Assembly: GCA_002269645.1 (NCBI GenBank)
Contig: NIVC01000661.1
Span: 83,754-147,753 of the forward strand
Source of the DNA: Macrostomum lignano
Lineage: Eukaryota
DNA length: 64,000 bases
Reading direction: 5' to 3'
Shown here: one piece after another, positions 14,101 through 25,931 of the stretch
Layout: each line of letters begins with the position of its first letter
How positions within the stretch are numbered: position 1 is the stretch's first letter
Notes under the pieces: model-generated
The model's database searches: none
What the model was told of the DNA's origin: nothing
The model's input: the letters and a program-made list of their open reading frames with translations, nothing else
Program-made: the position numbers and the translations under genes

Positions 14101-16624
14101 TCACGGGAAAATTTCTGATCGAACAGTGCAAGTCTCATGAAAATCGGTTAAGCCATTTTTTCTCTAATCGATTACAAGCAAGCAAGCAAGCAAGATTTTC
14201 ATTTTTAGTATATAGGACTTGGGCAAGAGAGGAGGAGACCAGCGTATTACTGACAGACAGTGAAGCACAAAGAATTATTATTACGTAGAATTACGTAAGC
14301 CCGCATTCAGTTGCAGCTGAACTGCTATGCGATAGGCATATGTTGTATGCATATTTCTCTACCTCGGCCATTGCTAGTACCTACGTGATATCGTGACCTG
14401 AAACGAACCCAGTGGCTTTAACTATCACCGCAGCCGTCCCCACAGTGAACTCTATCTGCCTCTCTTGGGCTCGCACAAATTAGTCTTTAAAAGGTCAAAT
14501 AAGGTCAGGCTATTCCTCCGCTTCCCTGTTTCTCTCTAACCTATTTTTTAGTCTGAATGTAATCGTAACAGGGAATAGAAAAATTCACTTTGTGAACTCA
14601 GCTGCTGTCAACCACTTGTATTCTTTTGCTACAAAATTAATTATTCTATCAGATAGACAGTGGGTCCCTATCCACAATCAGTGAGTCTCTATCCACAGTC
14701 AGTGAGTCTTTATCCACAGTCAGTGGGTCTCTATCCACAGTCAGTGAGTCTCTATCCACAGCCAGTGGGTCTCTATCCACAGCCAGTGGGTCTCTATCCA
14801 CAATCAGTGAGTCTCTATCCACAGCCAGTGGGTCTCTATCCACAGCCAGTGGGTCTCTATCCACAATCAGTGAGTCTCTATCCACAGCCAGTGGGTCTCT
14901 ATCCACAGCCAGTGGGTCTCTATCCACAATCAGTGAGTCTCTATCCACAGCCAGTGGGTCTCTATCCACAGCCAGTGGGTCTCTATCCACAGCCAGTGGG
15001 TCTCTATCCACAATCAGTGAGTCTCTATCCACAGCCAGTGGGTCTCTATCCACAGTCTGTGAGTCTCTATCCACAGCCAGTGGGTCTCTATCCACAGCCA
15101 GTGGGTCTCTATCCGCAGTCAGTGGGTCTCTATCCACAGCCAATGAGTCTCTATCCACAGTGGGTCTCTATCCACAATCAGTGAGTCTCTATCCACAGTC
15201 AGTGAGTCTCTATCCACAGCCAATGAGTCTCTATCCACAGTGGGTCTCTATCCACAATCAGTGAGTCTCTATCCACAGTCAGTGAGTCTCTATCCACAGA
15301 CAGTGAGTCTCTATCCACAGACAGTGGGTCTCTATCCACATTCTGTGAGTCTATCTAGTCAGTGGGACTCTATCCTCTATCCACAGCCAGTGGGTCTCTA
15401 TCCACAGTCAGCTTGGCATTATTTTGCGGTCATAGTGACTCATTGTGAACACACACAGCACATTCCTTCAGCTATAATGTACAGTAACTTCAGTTTTTCA
15501 GAGACTGTCAATAACAAAATCAAATATCTTACGGCAAGTTCGCCAGAAGCAGAGCCCTCAGTGCTTTGCCCAACATCTGCACCGGAACAAAGACTGCCGG
15601 TTCCCACTGAAGCAGTGGCAGCACCGTCGGAAACAGCGGACTGATCGCCATCTGGCTGAGTCTGGTCGGAGATGCGCCGCCGTTTTGCCGGCTTTTGTAC
15701 TTTTAGTTTTAACGATTTCGGAGTTGCAAACCGTTCGTTGCCAATGCGAAGAGCTTCATCCTCGCTGACACCTGCGGCGTTGGGGCGGCCAGGTTGGATG
15801 ACTAGTGACAGGTTTAAGTGCTCAGTGAGTACCAGCAACTGAGGATCTGGGAGGCTGGCCCAGCAACTGACACTCTGGAAGGCTGGCCCAGCAACTGAGG
15901 ATCTGGAAGGCTGGCCCAGCGACTGAGGATCTGGAAGGCTGGCCCAGCAACTGAGGATCTAGGAGGCTGGCCCAGCAACTGAGGATCTGGAAGGCTGGCC
16001 CAGCAACTGAGGATCTGGGAGGCTGGCCCAGCAACTGAGGATCTAGAAGGCTGGCCCAGCAACTGAGGATCTGGAAGGCTGGCCCAGCGACTGAGGATCT
16101 GGGAGGCTGGCCCAGCAACTGACACTCTGGGAGGCTGTTGGCCCAGCAACTGAGGATCTGGGAGGCTGGCCGAGAAACTGAGGATCTGGGAGGCTGGCCC
16201 AGCAACTGAGCATCTGGGAGGCTGTTGGCCCAGCAACTGAGGATCTGGGAGGCTAGCCGAGAAACTGAGGATCTGGGAGGCTGGGCCAGCAACTGAGAAT
16301 TTGTAAAAGTGATAGTCTAAAAAACCCGCAGATCTCACCCAGCTCCTTAGCAAACTCATTCAGTTTAGTCTGCAATGTCTCGCAGGTCTTCTGCCCAAAG
16401 CCCTCTAAGATGAGGCAAGCCCTGGGCGTCTCCAGCCTCAGCGGGTAGCGCTCCAAGGCGCGAACCATCTTGGCATAAGTGTGCTTGCTCTGCCACTTCT
16501 TGGCTACCGCTAAGTCTCGCATTTCTCGAATATGATGCAGGAAAAACTGATTCTGCACAATAGGCATTCGTTTCTTTCTGACTCGCTTCTGACAATGTTT
16601 TGCAGTCTGTGTTGATGCAGACAT
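2152..16624 (-). CDS. MUS81: Crossover junction endonuclease MUS81; coding exons (minus) 16339-16624, 15533-15771, 7961-8155, 4961-5604, 4668-4882, 3846-4092, 3390-3499, 2755-3230, 2403-2506, 2152-2287; about 883 aa
   Basis: N-terminal HhH region (KHTYAKMVRALERYPLRLETPRACLILEGFGQKTCETL), winged-helix region (FNPKPGTGAHAMLLTL...HYTAWSAMSGLVKRGLV), ERCC4 nuclease motifs (FDVIFCIDNRE, VSDFLWVAK, VERKRLDDLASSIKDGRFKEQKFRL) and C-terminal HhH2 (HLLQIGGVTMEKALAIVQQYPT...LLDAY). All nine introns are GT-AG with matching phases; total 2652 nt, stop TAA at 2152-2154. Confidence 0.95.
3640..3800. repeat. 17-bp minisatellite (GGACACCTGAAGGTTTT)n in a MUS81 intron
   Basis: ACCTGAAGG at 3661, 3678, 3695. 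Confidence 0.85.
4200..4655. repeat. 26-bp minisatellite (TGGGATTTCATGGATTGGGATCAATT)n in a MUS81 intron
   Basis: Period 26 (TGGATTGGGA at 4381 and 4407); explains the ORFs at 4247-4565. Confidence 0.9.
5800..6475. repeat. About 31-bp minisatellite (AATCTCCCAACCCAGAGAATCGCCCTTAAAG)n in a MUS81 intron
   Basis: Tandem copies visible directly. Confidence 0.9.
7228..7795. repeat. 21-bp minisatellite (GTGGGTCTCTATCCACAGYCA)n, array 1
   Basis: Tandem copies; same unit as 14645-15412. Confidence 0.95.
7800..7862 (-). mobile_element. tRNA-derived SINE-like head (RNA polymerase III A and B boxes)
   Basis: Minus strand reads TAGCCTGGTGGTTAGAGCG..GGTTCGATTCCCG, i.e. A box and B box with the anticodon arm missing; not a full tRNA. 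Confidence 0.5.
8205..8800. repeat. 12-bp-unit degenerate tandem repeat (TGGGTCAAGAAG / TGGGTCAATAAC / TGGGTCAGGATA)
   Basis: Tandem units visible; explains the ORFs at 8253-8717. Confidence 0.85.
8900..10050. repeat. About three diverged ~450-bp tandem units of a dispersed repeat
   Basis: Related motif GCGCCCCCCG..GAGCCAA..GAATGCAATA near 8910, 9357 and 9820; a further fragment near 17175-17250. Confidence 0.6.
9124..9197. repeat. Interstitial telomere-type (CCCTAA)n tract
   Basis: About 12 CCCTAA units with a few variants. Confidence 0.9.
10040..13615. repeat. 21-22-bp satellite (ACATGACGCTTCTATGATTTTT)n with ~1.06-1.15-kb higher-order period
   Basis: Rare variants recur: TTCTACAATTTCTGCAGG at 10961, 12020, 13125; AAGATTTTTACATGATGCTTCTGA at 10131, 11281, 12340. 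Confidence 0.95.
14645..15412. repeat. 21-bp minisatellite (GTGRGTCTCTATCCACAGYCA)n, array 2
   Basis: Same unit and orientation as 7228-7795. Confidence 0.95.
15835..16298 (-). repeat. 27-28-bp minisatellite, minus strand (CCTCCCAGATCCTCAGTTGCTGGGCCAG)n, MUS81 first coding intron
   Basis: Reverse complement of the array at 25200-25715. Confidence 0.95.
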
Positions 16625-17645
16625 GACAGAAATCCTGACTAGTTATGTACAAGTCTTTCCACAATATAATTGAAAAAATCACTGAAACTCAAATTAGAGT
16701 TATGTGGCAATACTTAGAATCTAGAAAACTGTCCTTAAGAAACTGTTATAATAGAATGTTGGGGTCAGGGATTGCTGCTTTATCATTAAGAGTGTGTGAT
16801 TATCTGCATAATACAATTTGTCACAAGATGGTTTAAAAAATCAGATTGTCTCAGTATGGCAATGCATTATGCAGAGAGATCACACAATCAATTAATGAAT
16901 TACAATGGCAAATAACAATAAATAGATAAATATGCATTACAGATTATGTTATCCGTAACAAGTTTTGGTTTGACTAGTATATTTATATGTTTTCTAACAG
17001 CTAGATAAATAAATATACATATTAACATAGGTTAAGACTCTAGTTTACACTCTGCAAACATTCTAGTTCTAACTTCACTTAAAAGATAGATTTATTTATA
17101 TGTTTTAACTTTGATGTCTTTTTATAACAACTATGATATTTCTCTTTCATTTGATTTATACTATTAATTAGCATTCCCACTGGGGAGCCAACAAAGAATG
17201 CAATGTTTTTGAATAACTATATATATAGCTTCTGGACTCTTAGCCTTAATATACTAGTAATTTTTTTCTATCAACTAGTAGTAGTAGTTATACCTTAATC
17301 CATATTCAATGCAAATGTTGATTTATAAAATCAGTCTTTGAAAACATAGCTTATAACATTTGCCATTATGGGCAATTAATAATAATTTTTTCTATGAGCT
17401 TCCTAAGACTTGCCAATATGTATAGAATAGTTAATTTGAATAAAAAGGCTTTTTGCAAATAAGTAACTTAGTGGTGCACTTTTATAAAATAAAATTTAAT
17501 ACATATATATAAATCAGAAAAAAGAAAATATATATTTTCATAAAGAAAAAAATTTACTTGGCTTTTATTGACATAATAACATTAAGATAATTGACAAACT
17601 ATATAATCTTTTCCATAATTTACCTATTTTAATTAGGCCTAGGAA

Positions 17646-18066
17646 ATGCTTGTACCTATGGCCTGTGGTCCTATGCCAAAAATTCTAATTTTATTCACAC
17701 AGATCCATGTCAATTAATTTTTAGCTTATCCCCATGGTAGCTTATTGGAATAGAGAACCTTAAAATAAATTTGTTCAAGGATGGGAACCCTTTAGTTCTT
17801 TTGTATCTAGTGTTACATAAATACATATAGTTTGTTAGCATGCTGTATATAGTTTTATATTTTCTACTAGGCCTAGGCCTATTATATTTTTTTTGTTTTG
17901 AGTGTATGTCATATGTTGTCATATCTATATCTATATTGACATAGCCTATAGACTTGAATGGTAGCAGCTATTTCAATAAGCTCCTATGGGGATAAGCTAA
18001 AATATATTTATATATCTATATGAATAAAATTGGAATTATTGATATGGGACCATGGGGATAAGCATG
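17646..18066. mobile_element. Old degenerate MITE related to the element at 19457-20048
   Basis: About 100-bp imperfect inverted repeats (17646-17752 vs 17968-18066) containing GCTTATCCCCATGG, the CpG-decayed form of GCTTATCCCCACGG. Confidence 0.55.
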
Positions 18067-19456
18067 TCTATCTAATTAACTATTTTTTATTTTATAAATA
18101 ATCTTTATAGTTGCAATTAGGCCTATAATATAGCTATAAGATGAAAATGATTAGAAACAATACCTAATAATAGTAATAAGCAATATACATGATAAAATAC
18201 TAAATATATTAAGATAGGCCTAGTTTAGACATTTTAAAAGTTATAAAACTAAAATAAAAGTTAATAGGCCTAACAATTATCAAAATTAGGCCTAGCCTAG
18301 GCCTAGACCCCTTATAAACCATGAGATTTATCACATTGAATTTATCACAAAATACAAAAAACAACCTTGAAAATCTGACTAGACTCTAGATTTAGAATCT
18401 GATATGACTACCTAGTCTAGAGTCTTGATAATATTAAAAATATAAAAATTAAATTTAGATTAACATTAAATTTAAAATAGGGCTTAAAATATATTATTAT
18501 TAATTATATTTATAATTTAAGGTTAAGTGTTCAGCAAAGGTCTGGTCTACCATCTATGGATTTCATGCTAACTTTTTGGCTTTATCTGCAACTGCAATTA
18601 GAAATAATGATGTCTTATTTTTTATTTAGTTATAAAATTATATATTAAATTGCCCAGCCCTGAGCCCTTTTTAAACTATACTGTAGTTTAGAGCCTGTAG
18701 GCCAATTTATATATCAGGTGAGTGAGATCCTTGGTTTCATTTTTTCTTTTATTATATTAATATTATCAAAATTTTATCTGGCTTGTCATATGTGCACTCG
18801 TGTAGTACCAATAGGCAATATGTACAAAAATATTACAGACTAGCACAACCGACAGCAGACGGGACGAAGCGGCCAGTCGCAGCTACAACTACAACCACTT
18901 TTCCAGGCATAGACTCATAAAATAATTAAATTGTATGACAGTCGAGTCCTAAATGGAACAACAGCTAGCATTCTTTTATTATTAATATATAAATTTTCGG
19001 CGAACAGTTGAATCTAAACGTTTAAATATTTTCAGCCTAATATTAACGCAGAAAATTAGTTGGTATAACAAAGCTCTAATAATATAACAACTTGAAAGCA
19101 TAATAAAAAGTATATTTTTTAACTTTATATTGTAAATATTGATTATTTAAAAGCCTAAAAGTTATTTATCTTTTTATTTAGCCCAGCATTACTGTATGGG
19201 ATTAAATTTAAATTTAGTATTGAATACAAGCTTTATAACAAGCAATTTGCATTTGAATCTAATGCTGCAAAAAATCAAATTTGTCTTCCAATAAAAATGT
19301 ATCGATGTTTGAGTAGGCCTATTACTTTGTAAAAATAATTGTTTAAATTTGCTTAAGTGTCGAGTCCAATGCCTCCAAATAAAGCTGCTCATTACATGCA
19401 CTTTTAAAATTATTTTATAAAAATAGGCGCTGGCCTACTACTTTTCTAAAAATTAT

Positions 19457-20048
19457 GGCAGTGCTTATCCCCACGGTACCGTAGGAATAATTTCTGTCTT
19501 ATTCCAACGGTACCGTGGGGATAATTTTCTGCTTATCCGCACGGCACACTGACGAGATAGCTGCCCCATCTTCTACATATGCCGTGGGTTCATAATTTAG
19601 TTTAGTACTTACGGTTTGAGTGCAGTATAACAACATAACTTTGCTTGGCCATTATTTTTTTAGAAGTAAAGATTTAATGGCCTTTTAACGCAAAAAAACA
19701 CTTTTTTGTATTTATGACGTATGATTAAGAAGAATTGCTCTAGTAATTGTTTACAATTTAAGAACTTTTAGCAACTAGTCTAATCCCGACATCCCCGAAA
19801 AGTCCATTGCCGCTGCTTCTGTAGACTTCTTACTAGACATGTAAATTCTCAATTTGTCTGTACAGATTATTGCATTGCTTCAACAATTCACCCGTGCGGA
19901 TAAGCAGAAAATTATTCCCACGGCATATGTAGAAGATGGGGCAGCTATCTCGTCAATGTGCCGTGCGGATAAGCAGAAAATTATCCCCACGGTACCGTTG
20001 GAATAAGACAGAAATTATTCCTACGGTACCGTGGGGATAAGCACTGCC
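19457..20048. mobile_element. 592-bp MITE, Mutator/MULE-like (132-bp TIRs, 9-bp TSD)
   Basis: TIRs 19457-19588 and 19917-20048 differ at one position; TSD AAAAATTAT at 19448-19456 and 20049-20057. Superfamily inferred from long TIRs, G-initial ends and 9-bp TSD. Confidence 0.9.
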
Positions 20049-21903
20049 AAAAATTATAGTTCAAATGATAGGCCTATCAAATTAGGAAAAATTTGTGCTG
20101 CTATTAATTTTTAATTGTGACTAGTAATAATATTATTGCTATGATACATATAAGGCCTACTCATATGTGCAGATTGTGATTATATCTTAATTATATGGTT
20201 TTATTAATAGCTAATAGCGATTAACTTTTTTTGAGTTGTTTTAAAAATAATTATAGGCCCTTTTAGTATTTAGTATTATAAAAGTTTATAGTAATAATTG
20301 TTTTTGCTTACATTTTTTCTGTTATGTCATATGATATATTACTTGATCAGTCTATCAACTATAACTAGCTTTTATTCTTGACAGAATCTGAAATTTTCTA
20401 GCTATAATTTTTTAAATCTTATTTTAAAACATATATGCCCAACTTCAAAATTCCACCCATCTAGTACAAGTTAGTTTTGTCCAGATTTGTGACTTAGTTC
20501 CTCCCAATTATGACAGTTCCCTCAATTACAACTTAATTTTTACTTTGTATATTATATTACTTTTTTGCTTTTTTCTCTTTTTTTCACTTTCTCTTTCTTT
20601 CTCCTCTTTCCTCTCTTTGTCTTTCTCTTTTCCCTCATTTCTTTTCCTTTTCTCTTCCTTTTCTTTTTTTCTTCTAATTTTTTGGAGGTACAATTATTTT
20701 CTGTGCCTATTTTCTGATCATGTCATATGCTATGTCCAATAGATATTTATCTAATCTACTAAACTAAATAAAACAAATAGCCTAGAATGAAATAAATATT
20801 TTGTTGATATTCATCCCATTTTTGCATTGGAGAGCTTGTTGCATGCACAGTAGCTATGCACCTAGTATTATAATTATGTGTTTAGTGGCTATTTAGGCCC
20901 TACGTAGTGCTTTATTTGCATTCATAACAGCCATCCATCTAGTGTTACAATTGTATAGAAAGATATATATAATAGCTTAATGTTATAATGTTGTAGCCAT
21001 CTTGGTATATGGCCATCTTAGTCTTAATACTTCTAGTTGGGATGGGTCAGAAGGATGTTGGGCATGTATATTGTAAAATATATAAGTTAGGCCTAAATAT
21101 GCATATAAACTATATATAGATTACTAGCTCAATAAAGGAATTTAACAATAACAATGAAATGAAAGAATTACTTTAATTATCTAGAACCTAATATTGATCG
21201 GGATCCTTAATCACAAAATCTTAGACTTAGTTTAATAATTAATATTTAGATCTCTGATAATATTTTAGTTGTCCTAGCATTAAGTTTTTTATTACATCTA
21301 ACCCCCAAAGCATTTTTGAAACTTATTTTTATTAAAAATTTAGTAAGCCTAAGCCCTACTAAAATTTAAAAAAGATGTAAAAATATTTTAAAATATCAAA
21401 AATATTGACAGTTTTCTAGTTTATTTTTATAATATTACTTTCAAGTTAGAATCAATGTTATAATATAATACCTTTGAGCACTAAATAGGACATAGGACAC
21501 TAGATAGAAAAGTAAATAGAGCAATTGCTACACCAATAAATAGATCAATAGATAAGGTAGTAAAAGTAACAATGGAATGATAGATAAAGCAATAGATAGA
21601 ATAGTATTTTTAGATAGAGCTATTTAATAGAGTACTGAATAGAGCTATAAAACACTTTCTAATATTATTTCATATCCCTTTTAGCCATAGACAAAGTTTT
21701 GTGATGTAACATTATATTGTGTGATTGATTTAAACTTGAAAATAGTTGCAAAAAACTGGCAGATTACCAAATGATTCAATAGCAAAAGTGTTACTATGAT
21801 TTTATGATTCATTTTATGAATAATTTGATATGCCTTGGCAACTATATTATAATCAATATATTTATATTGACATTAATACAAATGCTAAATATATTAAACT
21901 AAT

Positions 21904-22240
21904 GGGGGGTCATAGCCCAGCGGTCTAGTGCTGGCTCTGGTATGCCAGCAACCCAGGCTTGATTCCAAGTGCAGTCACATTAATTTGGGGCTGAATTGGA
22001 ATCTTGGCTTGGCTCTGCTTGTGAGAGCCAACCCCCCAAGGTGCAGTGAAGTGTACATTCCTAACGATAATATAAAGTTAGGGCCGCTGTACACTCCTGT
22101 GTGAGTGTGTGCCTGCATACATATCCACATGCTTGTATGCCTGCTCAAGGGAGTTGGCGGAATGGGCAGCAATGCCTCTTGCCAGTTGTGTGCCAATTGC
22201 GACAGGGTGCACACAACCCCCCTGCCTCTAATAAAAAAAA
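21904..22240 (+). mobile_element. tRNA-derived SINE
   Basis: A box TAGCCCAGCGG, anticodon-like stem CTGGC/GCCAG, decayed B box GGCTTGATTCC, 3' AATAAA plus A tail, flanked by the direct repeat TATATTAAACT (about 21890 and 22243). Confidence 0.7.
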
Positions 22241-22354
22241 TATATATTAAACTTGATATATAGGCAGCATTTCAAACTTCTAATTAGTCCTTGGTTTTTA
22301 CTAACTGCACTCAAACATTACTTACATATCCATAATTAAATTTATCTCTTGCAG

Positions 22355-25300
22355 ATGAAACCTCCACCCTTGCCAAAATACCCTCCCCCAGTTCCACCCC
22401 CTTTGCCTACCTGTACACCACCTGCCCCCTCATCTCAAGTGACTGCACCAATGGTAATTGGCTATGCTGCTGCATCTGCAGCAACTGACCAATTTCAGAC
22501 CTGCCAGTCTGCATCTCAGTGCTCATCATCTCTGCCGCAGACTCTGCAGGCAGTGCCAAAGCCTGCTAAGACTGTAGTATCTCTCACTGATCCCACTTCT
22601 TGGCCACCAGATCTTTGGTAAGTAGATGCTAAGTGGTTATTAGTCCATTGAAATAATATAGGCATAATGATTCAAGAATTTTGCTATAGCTATGCCTATT
22701 ACCATTATATCCAGATGCCCACTATTCAATATCAGATACCCACTATTCAATACCAGATACCCACTATTTAGTATCAGATACCCATTAACCAATACCGAAT
22801 ACCCACTATCCAATACCCCATACCCACTATCCAATACCTCACACCCACTATCCAATACCAGATACCCACTATCCAATACCCCATACCCACTATCCAATAC
22901 CAGATACCCACTATCCAATACCCCATACCCACTATCCAGTATCCAAACCCCATGCCCGTCCCCAGGGAGTACATCGAACGTGTGTACATTTCCGAGGCTG
23001 ACCCCAGTCGCCATGAGCAGTTGGAGCAGCTGCTAAAGGCCAAGATCACGCCAATATTCGACGCCAATCTCGTCAGTTCGATTGATTGGAGCACAGAGCC
23101 GCTGGTTCGAGTCCCGGATTCGGTGCCAAACACAATGTTTGTATTTTGTAGTTGACTTCCTTTACTTCAAGCCCCAGTTAGACTGTATTTTAATTAAAAA
23201 AACTTTGTCTATTGAATTTCAGTCAGCAGCCAAATATAGAGACCAAGCAAACTGCTTCCGCGCAGAAGCGACCAATTTCTGCAACAACAACAATAACAAC
23301 TGCTAGCGTCGCCCAGCAACAAAAGCAGCAACAAATTCAACAGCGGAAGCAAAAGAAAAAGAAGCGGCTTCGACTGTTGCTGCAGCAGTCTCTGTATAGC
23401 GACAGCAGTGACAGCAATAATAGTAGCAGCAGTAGCAGCATTGTAAACTTGCAGAATAAGCAAGCAGAAAATAATTGTACTGATGCTACTGATGCTACTG
23501 CCGATGAAGATAGTAGTATAGAAGAGGATAGCGATTCTTCGTCTACATCGTCAGCCTCGATGGATCAGCAGATGCAGCAACAGCGCGGAGCATCAACTCG
23601 CGGACGAGGTCGAGGCAGAGGTCGAGGACGCGGCCGAGGCGGTGGCGCCGGCGGCGCGTGTGTCGATCCAGGCGCCAGCGCCGCTACCCTAGATCGTCGA
23701 CGCGAACGATTTCGCGATCATCTGGGCAGCCTGGAGGCTTCGCCTTTGTCGACGAGTAGAGATCGGCTAGTCGCTTCGCCAGTTCCAGCCGGAGTCCTTG
23801 GCGATGGGGAATTGGATCTGGACTGCAGCCGGCTGAGAATTGTCGGCACCAGCACTAAGCTGGAGAAAGAGTATTTGAGGCTGACCAGCGCGCCGGATCC
23901 GGCTACTGTAAGGTCCAGGGAGACGCTGGAGTTGGCGCTGCAGCTGCAGATGGACAGGTGAGCTGAGGGGTGTCGTATCGAGGTTGTAGAGAGAGGGTCA
24001 TCATAGTCACGGGAGATTTTTCAAGTCAAAAACGTTGGGTCATTGATTGGGTCATAGACATTAAGGTCATTGACACTGGAGATCATTGGGTCATAAGCAC
24101 TGGAGATCATTGGGTCAGAGACACTGGAGGTCATTGGGTCATAAGCACTGGAGATCATTGCGTCATAAGCACTGGAGGTCATTCGGTTATAGCCACTGGA
24201 GGTCATTCGGTCATAGACACTGGAGATCATTGGGTCATAGCCACTGGAGGTCATTAGGCTATAGACACTGGAGGTCATTGGGTCATAGCCACTGGAGGTC
24301 ATTAGGCTATAGACACTGGAGGTCATTGGGTCATAGCCACTGGAGGTCATTAGGTGATAGACACTGGAGGTCATTGGGTCAGAGACACTGGAGGTCATTG
24401 GGTCAGAGACACTGGAGGTCATTGGGTCATAAGCACTGGAGGTCATTGGGTCAGAGACACTGGAGGTCATTCGGTCATAGACACTGGACTGGAGATCATT
24501 CGGTCATAGACACTGGACTGGAGATCATTCGGTCATAGACACTGGACTGGAGATCATTCGGTCATAGACACTGACCCTGACCCAATTTGTTGAGCACTCG
24601 CCGAATCCCGCCGCGCACTTTCCCACAGGCTGGCATCCGGCACCTCCGACTACCTGACCGTGTGCGAGCAGTTCAAGGCCATCCGGCAGGACCTCACAGT
24701 GCAGGGCATCCGCGACCGCCTGGCCGCTCGGGTCTACGAGGCCCACGCGGAGGCCGCCCTGGCAGCCAGCGATCGGGCCGAGTTCAACCAGTGCAGCTCG
24801 CAGCTGCGCAGCCTCTACGAAGAAGGCGTGCCGGGCAGATGGGCGGAATTTGCCGCCTACAGAATGCTTTATTTTATGTCTACTAATGACACTACTCGTG
24901 AGTAATAGTGTGTGCATATAGTTATTAAAGACATGATGCATCCGCAGTTAGACTGAGCCTTCTCCCCCCCCATCGGCAGATCTCACTACCACACTCGGCC
25001 GTTTGCCAAAGCAGTGGCGCCGCGATCCATGCGTAAAATTTGCTCTGCAGCTGCGCTCGGCCTGGTCAGCCAACAACTACTGCCTGTTCTTCCGGCTGAG
25101 TAGCGGTGCGCCTGCGCTGTGCGGCAGGCTGGTGGACTGGTTCGCTGATAGGGAGCGGCTGGTAGCGCTCAAGGCTATGGTTAAGGCGTGAGTTCTTGGG
25201 ACTTTTTGAGTTGCTGGGTTCTCCAACATCCTCAGTTGAATGGGTTCTCCCAGATCCTCAGCTGCTGGGCCAACAGCCTCCCAGATCCTCAGTTGCTGGG

Positions 25301-25931
25301 CCAACAGCCTCTCAGATCCTCAGCTGCTGGGCCAGCCTCCCAGATCTTCAGCTGCTGGGCCAGCCTCCCAGATCCCCAGTTGCTGGGCCAGCCTCCCAGA
25401 TCCCCAGTTGCTGGGCCAGCCTCCCAGATCACCAGTTGCTGGGCCAGCCTCCCAGATCTCCAGTTGCTGGGCCAGCCTCCCAGATCCCCAGTTGCTGGGC
25501 CAGCCTCCCAGATCACCAGTTGCTGGGCCAGCCTCCCAGATCCTCAGCTGCTGGGCCAGCCTCCCAGATCTTCAGCTGCTGGGCCAGCCTCCCAGATCCC
25601 CAGTTGCTAAGCCAGCCTCCCAGATCCCCAGTTGCTGGGCCAGCCTCCCAGATCCTCAGCTGCTGGGCCAGCCTCCCAGATCTTCAGCTGCTGGGCCAGC
25701 CTCCCAGATCCGCAACTCTCACCAATACCATCTCGCGCAACCCGAACCCGTGTCCGCAGCTACCGCCCTTCCGTGCCGCTGTCCCATCTTCAATCCCAGC
25801 TGGGTTTCGTCGATGCCGAGTCCTGTCAGAAATTTCTGACATCCTCCGGCGTGCCAGCCGCGGCCATAGACAGCGCAGCGGGCGTCCTGGACTGTCGGGT
25901 CTGCGCACTCGCCGCCATCTCGTCTGCGTGA
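22355..25931 (+). CDS. LENG8: LENG8/THP3 homolog (SAC3/GANP/THP3 PCI domain); exons 22355-22617, 22966-23136, 23223-23957, 24629-24897, 24980-25187, 25760-25931; about 605 aa (upstream exons possible)
   Basis: WPPDLWEYIERV...IDWSTEPL motif; IVGTSTKLEKEYLRLTSAPDPATVR; YLTVCEQFKAIRQDLTVQGIR; EFNQCSSQLRSLY; EFAAYRMLY; ALQLRSAWSANNY; DRERLVALKAMVKAYRPSVPL. GT-AG introns in consistent phase, 1818 nt. Confidence 0.93.
22720..22945. repeat. 21-bp minisatellite (CCCACTATCCAATACCMSATA)n in LENG8 intron 1
   Basis: Tandem copies visible. Confidence 0.9.
24050..24575. repeat. 24-bp minisatellite (CATTGGGTCATAGACACTGGAGGT)n in LENG8 intron 3
   Basis: Tandem copies visible. Confidence 0.9.
25200..25715 (+). 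repeat. 28-bp minisatellite (CCTCCCAGATCCYCAGTTGCTGGGCCAG)n in LENG8 intron 5
   Basis: Same unit as the MUS81 intron array, opposite genomic strand. Confidence 0.95.

Noticed and set aside
21904-21975. Functional tRNA gene (also 7800-7862)
   Set aside because: No complete cloverleaf; the first continues into a SINE body with an A tail, the second lacks an anticodon arm.
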